Source of the DNA: Candidatus Udaeobacter sp.
Lineage (GTDB): Bacteria > Verrucomicrobiota > Verrucomicrobiia > Chthoniobacterales > UBA10450
DNA: 64,000 nt
NCBI GenBank assembly: GCA_036499375.1
Contig: DASYDV010000023.1
Coordinates: 33,075-97,074, forward strand
Direction: 5' to 3'
The notes beneath the pieces were generated by a model. The model did not search any database, was not told where the DNA came from, and worked only from the letters and a program-made list of their open reading frames with translations. Position 1 is the first letter of the stretch, and every line of letters starts with the position of its first letter. Positions 44,234-55,419 of this stretch are shown here, piece after piece. The translations under genes were made by a program, and so were the position numbers.

Positions 44234-44608
44234 TTAGGCCTCGGATTCGTGGCAAACCACTTCGATGTTGTGCCCGTCCGGACCAATGACGAAAGCTGCA
44301 TAGTAGTTCGCGTGGTGTTCCGGGCACAGACCAGGCGCACCATTGTCTTTACCACCCGCCTCCAGAGCCGCGCGATAGAAAGCTTCGACTTGCTGGCGGT
44401 TCTCGGCCGTGAACGCCAGGTGAAGATGCGCCGGTTTCTCCTCGGTTTGGTGCATGCACAATGAAGCCTTACCCTTTGGGCTAAGCTCGACACCGTACGT
44501 CGGCGGCCCCTCCGAGACAACAGCTACGCCGAGCGGTTCGAGTGCCTTGAGGAAGAACGCTTTGCTCGCTGCATAGTCGCTGACTCCGAATTTGACGTGG
44601 TCAAACAT
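44234..44608 (-). CDS. VOC (glyoxalase/bleomycin-resistance) family protein
   Basis: The ATG at 44608 gives MFDHVKFGVSDYAASKAFF...HLAFTAENRQQVEAFY...FVIGPDGHNIEVV. Confidence 0.8.
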   Translation of the reverse strand: MFDHVKFGVSDYAASKAFFLKALEPLGVAVVSEGPPTYGVELSPKGKASLCMHQTEEKPAHLHLAFTAENRQQVEAFYRAALEAGGKDNGAPGLCPEHHANYYAAFVIGPDGHNIEVVCHESEA

Positions 44609-44638
44609 GAGTTTTCCTGACGTGTGGGCCTGCGCGAG

Positions 44639-44761
44639 GCTTAACGAGAACAAGATCAGCCACCGCTGGCGAGAGCGAGCTTAATCTGCAATTGAAGTGT
44701 TGAAGTCATGTAAAACTACGCTTCAGAGCGGCCAGCGGTTGGCTGCATCGCCCGGTTAGAT
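44639..44761 (-). other. attC-like recombination site (copy A)
   Basis: Read on the minus strand: ATCTAAC-cgggc-gatGcagccAaccgctggc ... gccagcggtggctgatc-ttgttctc-GTTAAGC. The ends fit RYYYAAC and GTTRRRY. The 17-bp stem has two bulged bases on the RYYYAAC side. It starts 1 nt after the stop of the upstream ORF. Confidence 0.6.
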
Positions 44762-45378
44762 GTCATTTGATAACGGACCGCGGAGGAAGAACAAGCCGCA
44801 CGAACTGCAACATCGCAGCCATGAGATGGACGAAGATCGCGGCAAAGAATGGCCAAAACCTGTTCAGCACTGCGATGTTGTAAAGTTGCAGCAAAAGTGT
44901 CGAGATCCCGATCGCAAACAATGGATAAAACAAGATTTTGGGCACGCCTTTGAATTCGTCGGGACTAAAGCGGCGCGGCGTTCTGAAATTTATGATTGCA
45001 AACGGCACTTGGAAAGCCGCGGCAAACGCACTGCACCATTGCCAGATCGAATTCGGCGGGGGCTTGATCGTGAGCAACAACATTCCAAACAACGAATAAG
45101 CGAGCGGAAAGATGGAATTGTTGAGCAGCAAGTGTAGGCGATACCGGTCGACGGGCGACCATTGGTGCACCGATTCAGGTCGAAAAACGACCACGATGCC
45201 GGCGAACCCGGCCAGGGTCACCGCCACCTGAGCGGCGATACCGAGAGCTTCATTCGGTTCCATTGCCTCTGCGATTAAAAATGCAACTGATGTCGCGATC
45301 AAACCTTAAAGCTCAGGATGTTAGAAGGGATCTGGTCGGGGACTGCGTTTTGGGATTATGTGATCGCGCTACATCTAA
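44645..45378 (-). mobile_element. putative integron-type gene cassette (one ORF plus its attC)
   Basis: Bounded by the G/TT positions of the two attC-like sites. The cassette begins TTAGAT, and its own attC inverse core is ATCTAAC, the exact complement expected for a cassette. Confidence 0.5.
44763..45263 (-). CDS. membrane protein of unknown function (cassette ORF; paralog of 42135-42633)
   Basis: The ATG at 45263 gives MEPNEALGIAAQVAVTLAGFAGIVVVFRPESVHQW..., co-linear with the start of the paralog. Four to five TM helices. Confidence 0.55.
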   Translation of the reverse strand: MEPNEALGIAAQVAVTLAGFAGIVVVFRPESVHQWSPVDRYRLHLLLNNSIFPLAYSLFGMLLLTIKPPPNSIWQWCSAFAAAFQVPFAIINFRTPRRFSPDEFKGVPKILFYPLFAIGISTLLLQLYNIAVLNRFWPFFAAIFVHLMAAMLQFVRLVLPPRSVIK

Positions 45379-45496
45379 CGAGACCAAGCTCAGCCACCGC
45401 TGGCGGGAGCGAGCTTCGCTACGGAGTTTAATGTTGAAATCATGTGAAAGCTAAACATCAAATCGGCCAGCGGTTGGCTGGAGCGCATGGTTAGGC
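45373..45496 (-). other. attC-like recombination site (copy B)
   Basis: Read on the minus strand: GCCTAAC-catgc-gctCcagccAaccgctggc ... gccagcggtggctgagc-ttggtctc-GTTAGAT. Same architecture as copy A. It begins about 20 nt after the stop of the serine hydrolase gene. Confidence 0.6.
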
Positions 45497-45516
45497 CGTT
45501 AGAGCTGGCCAGCCAG

Positions 45517-46911
45517 CTATTGCCTGTGCGCGGACAGCGCTTTCTTTCCATTCGGCGGGTAGATGAGAAAACCAGTGATGTGGTCTCCAGCATCGCTCTG
45601 GAAGGTGATGCGCAGCGGTAATTCGGCGGCAAAGAAATCGCGGTGGGTTTCGGGATGAATGTGTAGCTTGGGCAGTCCCCAGTCGGCCGGCGATTCGATG
45701 GTAAGGAAGTTGTCTTCGCGCGCCACCGTAAATGTTCCTTCGCCTTTGATTTCGTAGCGACCAACGTATCGATCCAAGACGACCGGATCTATCGTGATCT
45801 CGGTGTGTGAAGTTTTAGCGGCGGTTTTTAACGGACTGTCTGGCCGTAATAGGTGTCGCGCGATGTCATCAATGCTGCCGTTTTGATTGGAAAGCACGAC
45901 CACGCCGATGCGCTGCTTCGGGTCGAAAGCAATGGAGCTTGCGAAGCCAAACGTGCCGCCGTCGCGATAGATAATCTCGCCATCGCCCTTTCCGACAATG
46001 CTCCACCCGAGCGCCTGTTCTTCCGAACCACCGGTCGGGCGGCGCGCCTCGAGTGTGAGTTTGATGGCGACAGAGAGAGGCGAAGCCTGCAAGCTCATCG
46101 CCGCCGAGAGCAGTTTCCCGAGATCGTTGGCTGTCGAGTAGAGCCCTCCAGCTGCCGGCATGAGCGAGTAGATCGCCAGGGAGGAAACGCTCGGTGCCGG
46201 CTTTAACGCGGCGTCATGACCTTGCGCAGCATCGGATCTCATCTTCTGCGAAACTATGAAACCTGTATTCGTTAGGCCAAGCGGCGCGATAACGCGCTTG
46301 TTCATCAAATTTTCGAAGTTGTCTCCAGCGCGTGCGGCGAGCGCTTCACTCAAGATCCAATAACCAATGTTCGAATAATCCCATTGGGTTCCTGCATCTC
46401 GTGTTGGCTGATAGTTGGCGACGTAACGGGCGAGATCGGCGGGCGAGTATTTCGCCGCGGCTGGATCATTCAAGGGAGGAGCGTTTTCCGGCATGAACGG
46501 CAGGCCCGAAGTGTGCGTGGCTAGATCGAGAAGAGTCATCGGGCGATTGTTTCGCGTGCGAACGCTGAGGCTGGGCGGCAGGTATTTTCCAACCGGATCG
46601 GCAAGTGCCGCCTCGTTTCGCTGCACCATATCGGCGAGCACTAGCGCGGTGAACACTTTGGTGACGGAGCCGATTTCAAAAACCGTGTCGCCATCGAGGG
46701 CCCGAGGGTCTCCTTCGCGTCGATGGCCATGAGATATCAGTTGTTCGCCGGCCGGGGTGACGATCTTAACGATAATGCCGACACCATTCTCGTTCTTTCC
46801 AACGCGATCGCTTAAGATTTGCCGAATGGCATCGTCGGATGGTAGCTCGGCTGCGAAATCCGTTGCCATGGAGTAGAAGATGGCGATTGAGATCAAAACG
46901 AAGCGTTTCAT
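45517..46911 (-). CDS. class C beta-lactamase-related serine hydrolase with C-terminal extra domain
   Basis: Signal peptide, then FEIGSVTKVFTALVLADMV (SxxK) and a YSN-like WDYSNIGY. About 100 extra C-terminal residues. Confidence 0.8.
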   Translation of the reverse strand: MKRFVLISIAIFYSMATDFAAELPSDDAIRQILSDRVGKNENGVGIIVKIVTPAGEQLISHGHRREGDPRALDGDTVFEIGSVTKVFTALVLADMVQRNEAALADPVGKYLPPSLSVRTRNNRPMTLLDLATHTSGLPFMPENAPPLNDPAAAKYSPADLARYVANYQPTRDAGTQWDYSNIGYWILSEALAARAGDNFENLMNKRVIAPLGLTNTGFIVSQKMRSDAAQGHDAALKPAPSVSSLAIYSLMPAAGGLYSTANDLGKLLSAAMSLQASPLSVAIKLTLEARRPTGGSEEQALGWSIVGKGDGEIIYRDGGTFGFASSIAFDPKQRIGVVVLSNQNGSIDDIARHLLRPDSPLKTAAKTSHTEITIDPVVLDRYVGRYEIKGEGTFTVAREDNFLTIESPADWGLPKLHIHPETHRDFFAAELPLRITFQSDAGDHITGFLIYPPNGKKALSAHRQ

Positions 46912-47228
46912 AGGCCTCCCGGGTTATTGTTGAGATGCGGTCGTCGGTGCGCTTGGATTCAGAAAAGTTAGCGAAAGCAGACGTCGTAACCGGCAGGGGC
47001 AAAGGCGGGTAAAACCGATTTCATGTCCGCCCCGAGCGTATCGACGGCGAATCGGCCAGACAACCCGAAAAAGTTAATGGAACAGCGCGTAAAAGCTCTG
47101 CTCACGCGCCAAGGGTGACATTCATTTGATGCAATACCTTTATGTGCTCATGCGCAGTTTGGATTCAAGAAACGCCGACACGGTTTCACGCGACGTGATA
47201 TTCGCCGGTTGTTTTTTGGCGTTGTCCG

Positions 47229-47470
47229 GGTCGCCTCGCCCTTTGTAAAGGGAGAGGGGGGAGGCTGAGGGATGATTTCGGTCGTGGGCATCGTCGTGTA
47301 TGCGTTGTTGCGGTTCCCGCGTTGGAGACGGTCTGCCCTCCGGCCGCGGGAATCCAACGGCCCGAGGGCGAGCCGTCTCCCATCGGGGACAAGTTGTGGC
47401 CGATTGTCGATAGACGTTAACGCTGACCCATCACCTTAATCCTCTCCCCTTCAGCAACGGGAGAGGCGAC
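47229..47470. repeat. inverted pair of hairpin REPs (ggtcgcctcgccctttgtaaagggagagg / cctctccccttcagcaacgggagaggcgac)
   Basis: Copies at 47229-47257 and 47441-47470 are in inverted orientation about 180 bp apart. Further stems (ttcccgcg..cgcgggaa, ggagacgg..ccgtctcc) lie between them. Confidence 0.55.
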
Positions 47471-47643
47471 TCGTCCCGGTGGCAGGCGATGCGCCTGTCC
47501 TACAACATATCTTGATCGTGTTTTGGTTCCGTCGCCCAAACACTGCTACGGCGCGCCCTCGCCAGGGCGAGCAAGCTGTGGTCGCGCCCTACCAAAACAT
47601 TTCCTGCTTTCCTGATTCAGTCCGCGTTCGTTCGCGTGTCGTG

Positions 47644-48939
47644 CTATTGAACGGTGACCACCGTGCCGACTGGAACTTCGGAGTAAAGTTTCTCGGCGGC
47701 GTCCCACGGCAATCGAATGCAACCATGCGACGCCGGATAATTCGGCACGACGCCGGCGTGCATTCCAAAATCAAGACAGCTTAGTCGCATGAAATACGGC
47801 ATCTCGACGTGGTAAATCGTGGAACGATGGTTGCGCTCTTTGTTGGTAATGACGAATTCGCCCGTCTTCGTGGAATAACCATTCCGCCCGGTGGAGCATC
47901 GCGCGTGGTAGATCGGCACGCCGTCTTTCACTAAAGCGACCCTTTGTAGCCCCAGAGAAATTTCGATCCGCAGCTTGTCCGGGGCCGGCCCACCACCGAG
48001 AAGAATTTGGGCGGACCGCCAGTGTCCGGTCTCAGCGGCAACATCCAACGCCGACATTTTGTTCCGGGTCGTTAGGCGGCTTCGGTTGGCTCCGGCATCC
48101 TGCAGCGCGCGCAAGTAATCCACCTGGCCGAGAGCGGCGGCGAGCATCAGCATGGTCACGTTGCGGTCGTCTTCAATGTAACTGCGCAATTTATTCGGCA
48201 GCAGCGCCAGGAAATCTTTGTCGCAATGCGATGGCAAAACGGTATTCGGGTCTGCTCCGCAATCCAGCAGCGTCGCAAAAAGGGCGGAGTTGCTGCTGGC
48301 GACCGCATATGCAAGATACGGCACTTGTTTCCCTTCGGGTGTCGGCGGCGTCGCTTGTTTGGTGAGGAGCACCCGGATTTCATCCTTCTTTCCGGCCTGA
48401 AGCGCTCTAGACAAAGCACGCCGCGTGCTGGCCGTCCACTCCTGTGCCGGAGGCAAGCGCTGGAGCACGGCTTTAATGATCTCCGGATTTCCGCCGTCGA
48501 GAGCAAAACCGAGAAGATCCTGTCCGTCCGTGCACGGAGTTTCGGGATGGAGATTGGTTGAGCGCGCCAGGAGCAACCCAAACATTTCCGAATCTCCGTG
48601 CATCGCTGCCGCCATTAACGGCGTGAAACCGTTTTTGTCGGCAAAGTCAGTCGCAGCTCCGGCATCGAGAAGCCGGCGCGCCGTTTTCCAATCCTCTTGC
48701 GACGCCGCGATCAACAGCGGTGTGCGGCCTTGCGCGTCGCGTCCATTTGGATCGACGTGTTCCATCAGACACAAGTCGATGAGGGAATCGCGCTGAATCG
48801 TGACGGCCCGCACCAGTTCGTCCGGCGAAACCGTGATGCGCGCGGGAGGTTCTGGCCCGATGCCCAATCCCCACAAAAGAATCAAAACCAGAGCTACAAC
48901 GCCCGCTCGTAAGACGAATCGCCTCTTAAACCTGCGCAT
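47644..48939 (-). CDS. ankyrin-repeat protein fused to an L,D-transpeptidase (YkuD) catalytic domain
   Basis: The ATG at 48939 gives MRRFKRRFVLRAGVVALVLILLWGLG (TM/signal). Ankyrin units are present (GRTPLLIAASQEDWKTARRLLDAGA, NGFTPLMAAAMHGDSEMFGLLLA, and others). C-terminal YkuD: FGMHAGVVPNYPASHGCIRL. Confidence 0.8.
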   Translation of the reverse strand: MRRFKRRFVLRAGVVALVLILLWGLGIGPEPPARITVSPDELVRAVTIQRDSLIDLCLMEHVDPNGRDAQGRTPLLIAASQEDWKTARRLLDAGAATDFADKNGFTPLMAAAMHGDSEMFGLLLARSTNLHPETPCTDGQDLLGFALDGGNPEIIKAVLQRLPPAQEWTASTRRALSRALQAGKKDEIRVLLTKQATPPTPEGKQVPYLAYAVASSNSALFATLLDCGADPNTVLPSHCDKDFLALLPNKLRSYIEDDRNVTMLMLAAALGQVDYLRALQDAGANRSRLTTRNKMSALDVAAETGHWRSAQILLGGGPAPDKLRIEISLGLQRVALVKDGVPIYHARCSTGRNGYSTKTGEFVITNKERNHRSTIYHVEMPYFMRLSCLDFGMHAGVVPNYPASHGCIRLPWDAAEKLYSEVPVGTVVTVQ

Positions 48940-49120
48940 GGGGATGGTTGGATCGCCAATTATACGCCTTCCGCCAAGTAATCTGGCATGGCTGCGACTG
49001 AACTTCGAGTAGGTCTTTGAGTACGTCCGACACGGGGTCCCGACCGAATTGGGATCGCGAACCGGAATTGGACGCACCCGGTTGAACGTTGCATGTTGGG
49101 CGGTGTCAAAATTCCAACCT

Positions 49121-50590
49121 ATGCGCTTGTCCATTTTTGCCCTGTGCCTCGCGCTGAGTACTTCGTTTGCTGCGCAGCCGGAGGCCGTGCCCAGTTCTCC
49201 TGTTCCGCTGAATTCATCTGCGGCCGAAGCGGGCAAGGATGTTGTTCACCAGTTGAATAACGCTTTCGCTAAAGTCTTCGAAACCGTGGCGCCCGGCGTT
49301 GTCATCATTGAGACTTCCAAGAAGAGCGAAACCAGCGACAGCTCGCCTCTTGACGATCTGTTCTTTCAAGGCGCGCCGGATGAAAACAATCCGCGCCGGA
49401 ATCCGGGCACCCCACGACCCGTCCAAAGCGAAGGCTCCGGCTTCATCGTGCGGTCGGATGGTTACATCTTCACCAACGTGCACGTGATCGAGGATGCGGA
49501 CAAAATCGACGTCAAATTACAAGACGGCCGCGAGTTTCCGGGGCGAGTGGTGGGCACGGACGAGAAGACGGACATCGCCGTCGTCAAAATTGATGCGAAA
49601 GATCTGCCGGTGGTTCCACTCGGCGACAGCGATACCGTGCGCGTCGGTCAATTTGCGTTCGCGATCGGCGCGCCGTTCAAGCTCGACTACACATTCACCT
49701 ATGGCGTGATTAGCGGCAAAGGCCGGAGCAAATTGCTTCAGTCAAGCGGCTACTCTATTTCGGATTATTTGCAGACCGATGCGTCGATCAATCCGGGTAA
49801 TAGTGGCGGACCGCTGTGCGACATCGACGGCAAGGTGATCGGGATGAACACGCTGATCAACGGAATGAACCGTGGCCTGGGCTTTGCCATTCCTATCAAC
49901 ATGGCCAAAGACATCGGTGGCGAACTCATCGCGGGACATAAAATCGTGCGGCCCTGGCTGGGCATTCGCATCGAGACGCTCGGCGACGACCCGACGATCC
50001 GCGACTTGTTTAAAGGCGCTGACAAAGGCGTCGTAGTCCGCACAATCGAGGCGGACGCGCCGGCTTCTAAAAGCGATCTGCGTCCGTTCGACGTGATCAC
50101 GCAGGTCGATGGAACCTCGATCAGCTCCGATTCACAGTTGCAGCACGAAATTTTGAAAAAGAAAGTCGGTCAGAACGTCGACCTGACCGTTTGGCGCAAG
50201 GGCCAGTCAATGAAAGTGCCTGTGAAAACCGGCGAATTACCCGACGAAATTACGCGCACATCAAATCAGCCGGTTCAACCAAGCGAACCCAAACCGCAGG
50301 ATGTTGGCAAATTTGGATTGCAGGTGCAGGAACTGACGAAGGAGGTTGCAGAGCGCCTGTATCTCCCGACACACGAAGGCGTGATTGTAACCGACGTGGA
50401 AGACAATAGTATCGCCGCGGCGCAGGACATTCAGCGCGAGGACGTGGTTACCGAAGTGGACGGCAAACCAGTCACGAACGTGAAATCTTTCCGTGACGCG
50501 CTCAATAAAGCCGATCCGAAACGCGGCGTGCTTCTTTATCTCGACCGCAAAGGCAGCAAAACTTTCGCCGTGCTCAAAGCCGGCGGGTGA
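49121..50590 (+). CDS. htrA: periplasmic serine endoprotease DegP/HtrA (two PDZ domains)
   Basis: Signal peptide MRLSIFALCLALSTSFAAQ. Catalytic residues in FTNVHVI (His), TDIAVVKI (Asp) and GNSGGPL (Ser). Two PDZ-like regions follow. Confidence 0.9.
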   Translation: MRLSIFALCLALSTSFAAQPEAVPSSPVPLNSSAAEAGKDVVHQLNNAFAKVFETVAPGVVIIETSKKSETSDSSPLDDLFFQGAPDENNPRRNPGTPRPVQSEGSGFIVRSDGYIFTNVHVIEDADKIDVKLQDGREFPGRVVGTDEKTDIAVVKIDAKDLPVVPLGDSDTVRVGQFAFAIGAPFKLDYTFTYGVISGKGRSKLLQSSGYSISDYLQTDASINPGNSGGPLCDIDGKVIGMNTLINGMNRGLGFAIPINMAKDIGGELIAGHKIVRPWLGIRIETLGDDPTIRDLFKGADKGVVVRTIEADAPASKSDLRPFDVITQVDGTSISSDSQLQHEILKKKVGQNVDLTVWRKGQSMKVPVKTGELPDEITRTSNQPVQPSEPKPQDVGKFGLQVQELTKEVAERLYLPTHEGVIVTDVEDNSIAAAQDIQREDVVTEVDGKPVTNVKSFRDALNKADPKRGVLLYLDRKGSKTFAVLKAGG

Positions 50591-50594
50591 CCCT

Positions 50595-50677
50595 TTGTAG
50601 CCACCACGGCCCTTTGGGCCGTCTTGGGTTTACCTGAAACAGCGCAAGACAGGACCGGCCACGGCCGGTGGCTACAA
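50595..50677. repeat. REP-type palindrome (ttgtagccacc ... ggtggctacaa) after htrA
   Basis: The outer 11-bp arms enclose the smaller stem acggccctttgggccgt. It could also act as a terminator. Confidence 0.55.
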
Positions 50678-50693
50678 GTTTAGCAAATGGGCG

Positions 50694-50915
50694 TCAGGTT
50701 TTTCGGCTGCTGACGATTATCAGCACGATTCCGCCGACCAAACAGATCCCGCCCAGCACAGGCGGAAGCGGGATAGTCTTTTGTTTTTCCGCGGTCGCCT
50801 GAATCGGGCCGAGGTCCAGCACCTTCTCACGCTTCGTGTACGTGATGCCGCCCCACGCGAGCGCAATCACGCCAATGACGATCAGAATGATGCCGACAAT
50901 ACCGGCTGGTTTCAT
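50694..50915 (-). CDS. small two-TM membrane protein
   Basis: 73 aa with two hydrophobic helices. No family recognised. Confidence 0.4.
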   Translation of the reverse strand: MKPAGIVGIILIVIGVIALAWGGITYTKREKVLDLGPIQATAEKQKTIPLPPVLGGICLVGGIVLIIVSSRKT

Positions 50916-50925
50916 CGCCGGGATG

Positions 50926-51075
50926 TTATAAGGGGCGGCGGCCTGAGAGCAATTGAATGATCAGCACCACAATCGCGATCACGAGCAGGATATGAATGAA
51001 CCCGCCGAGCGTATATGAGCTGACCAATCCAAGCAGCCACAGAACCAGCAAAATAACGAATATTGTCCAAAGCAT
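50926..51075 (-). CDS. lmo0937-family small membrane protein
   Basis: The ATG at 51075 gives MLWTIFVILLVLWLLGLVSSYTLGGFIHILLVIAIVVLIIQLLSGRRPL, which matches my recollection of the lmo0937 family almost motif for motif. Confidence 0.6.
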   Translation of the reverse strand: MLWTIFVILLVLWLLGLVSSYTLGGFIHILLVIAIVVLIIQLLSGRRPL

Positions 51076-51152
51076 AAGGTTGTTCCTTTCGGTTAAGTTG
51101 TACGTATCTTCGCACGAGCCACTTCCGTTGCGCTTATGCAGAACAAAAATTT

Positions 51153-52967
51153 CTACAACTTCTCTAACGCAGTCCGCAGGTTCCACCCGTTCGCTTCCAG
51201 CAAACCATGGGCGGATTCATAATCGCGTTGGGTCAGCTCGGCTAAAACCCGCACAGCGCGGTCGCGCAATTTCGTGCTCGTGGTGTGTAGATCGACCATG
51301 AGATTTCCGCGCACTTTGCCAAGTCCGATCATCGCGCCGGTGCTGATGATGTTCAGGGCAACCTTCGTCGCGGTCCCTGCCTTCAATCTGGTTGATCCAG
51401 TCAGGATTTCGGGTCCCACCGGCAGGGTGATTACGAGATCGATGTCTGTAGAGGCAGCCGTGCCGGCTGCAATTCCCTGATTTGCAGGCGATACGCCTGC
51501 CACTACAGCGGACACGTGGGGGTTACACGTAAGCAACATCGTCTTTGCACCTAACGAGTGCGCCTGCGCAAGCGCACCGAGCACAAAAGGCGTCCGCCCG
51601 CTGGCTGTAATTCCAATGACAACATCGGCAGCCGTCACACCGCGTTCATCTACCGCCAATGCGCCGGCGCTCTCCTCATCTTCCGCGCCTTCCACACTCC
51701 GATGCAGCGCCGCAGCTCCGCCGGCAATTACTCCCTGCACAAGGTGCGACGGCGCGCCAAAAGTGGGCGGGATTTCGCTCGCATCGAGTACGCCGAGTCG
51801 CCCGCTACTTCCGGCGCCGACGTAAAACAACCGGCCACCGTTTCGAAGCGATTCAGTAACTATTTCAATTGCACGAGCGAGATCCGCGTCGGCAGCACGC
51901 AATGCTTCCTGAACGAATGTTTCCTCTTCGATAAAGATATTAACCAGTTCGGAAGCGCTCATTTTTTCCAGATTTTCAGAGCGCGGGTTGCGCTGTTCCG
52001 TGAGCGCAATCCGAAAAGCTTTCGGGATGGTTTCGGTTTGCGATGGCCTCAGATGAAACGAGGCATGGTCGTGCGCTTCCGCTGCAATCCATGCGGCGCC
52101 CAATTCGGGAGCTCGCTCAGCAGTCGCTACGCGGACATCGGGAAGATTCTTCTTCAACCTGCGGCGAAACGTGTGCGCGTAAATTGAGTCGCGGAAAAAT
52201 AGACCGCCCATCAGCACCACTTTTGGCGCGAGCAAATGAAGACGGTCGGCCACCGCCTCGGTGTATTCGCACAGAACCCGTGCGCCTTCTTCGATGATGT
52301 CTATGACGCGCGCATCGCCGCTGCCTGCCGCCTCGAATACGACCGGAGCGAGCATGGCGATTTCCATCTTGTCCGCCGTTTGCGCCCAGCGAACGAGTTC
52401 ATCGAGATTGTTCAATGAGAGCGCGTGCAGGATTTTCGCAGTGAAATCTATCTCGGCGCGATTCAAGTCGTATTCGCGCAAGATCAGACGGAGCGCCTGG
52501 ATAGAAAGAAAATAGCCGCCGCCGGTGTCCCCCAGGATATGTCCCCATCCGCCTGCTCTCTCGATCCTATCGCCGCGTCGTCCAGTCACCGAAGAACCAC
52601 TTCCCGCGTTGACGACAATGCCGTCACCATGATCAAGCGCCGCTGCCAGACCCGAATCGCGGTCGCTGCCTATCACGATTTTGGCCTTTGGCCAGATCTC
52701 GAGACAGATTCGCTGAAGCAAGCTGCGGTCTTCGTCTGTCCCGCAGCCGGCGAGGAAAACGCCCGCGCGATCGATTTGCTTCGGAAGCTCTGCAAAAATC
52801 GTGCGCAGCCGACCGGGCTCGGTGAGCCGAAAATTCGATGGCGGCAGTTTTCCCTGTTCCAGGATCCGAAATTCGGAGCTGGACGTATCGGCTGCCGTTT
52901 CTACCAGCACCCAGGCGGTCTTTGTTCCGCCGCCTTCAACCCCGAGGACGCGCTCAGCGGGTTTCAC
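51153..52967 (-). CDS. murQ: fusion of a BadF/BadG/BcrA/BcrD-type ATPase (N-acetylglucosamine kinase-like) with N-acetylmuramic acid 6-phosphate etherase (MurQ)
   Basis: N-terminal half: VLGVEGGGTKTAW. C-terminal half: ALTEQRNPRS, FYVGAGSSGRLG (SIS domain), GITASGRTPF, TGSTRLKAGTATK. I favour the GTG at 52967 (MKPAERVLGVEGGG). The track ORF extends to 53318 only by reading through a MITE-like element. Confidence 0.75.
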   Translation of the reverse strand: MKPAERVLGVEGGGTKTAWVLVETAADTSSSEFRILEQGKLPPSNFRLTEPGRLRTIFAELPKQIDRAGVFLAGCGTDEDRSLLQRICLEIWPKAKIVIGSDRDSGLAAALDHGDGIVVNAGSGSSVTGRRGDRIERAGGWGHILGDTGGGYFLSIQALRLILREYDLNRAEIDFTAKILHALSLNNLDELVRWAQTADKMEIAMLAPVVFEAAGSGDARVIDIIEEGARVLCEYTEAVADRLHLLAPKVVLMGGLFFRDSIYAHTFRRRLKKNLPDVRVATAERAPELGAAWIAAEAHDHASFHLRPSQTETIPKAFRIALTEQRNPRSENLEKMSASELVNIFIEEETFVQEALRAADADLARAIEIVTESLRNGGRLFYVGAGSSGRLGVLDASEIPPTFGAPSHLVQGVIAGGAAALHRSVEGAEDEESAGALAVDERGVTAADVVIGITASGRTPFVLGALAQAHSLGAKTMLLTCNPHVSAVVAGVSPANQGIAAGTAASTDIDLVITLPVGPEILTGSTRLKAGTATKVALNIISTGAMIGLGKVRGNLMVDLHTTSTKLRDRAVRVLAELTQRDYESAHGLLEANGWNLRTALEKL

Positions 52968-53024
52968 GATGGTGTATGCATAGCTGCTTTGCAGGAATTT
53001 GAAAGCCTGTTGCTCTTTATCGCT

Positions 53025-55388
<2,364 letters not shown>

Positions 55389-55419
55389 ACGACGATTACC
55401 CAGAGCGGCTTCGCCGCAA

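Noticed and set aside
44170-44239. Possible third attC site after the VOC gene. The 11-mer ATGGTTAGGCC, identical to the end of attC-like copy B, overlaps the VOC stop.
   Set aside because: Only about 70 nt are available before the next gene. No GTTRRRY partner and no bulged long stem could be found. At most it is a remnant. It is mentioned under the attC finding but not called as a feature.
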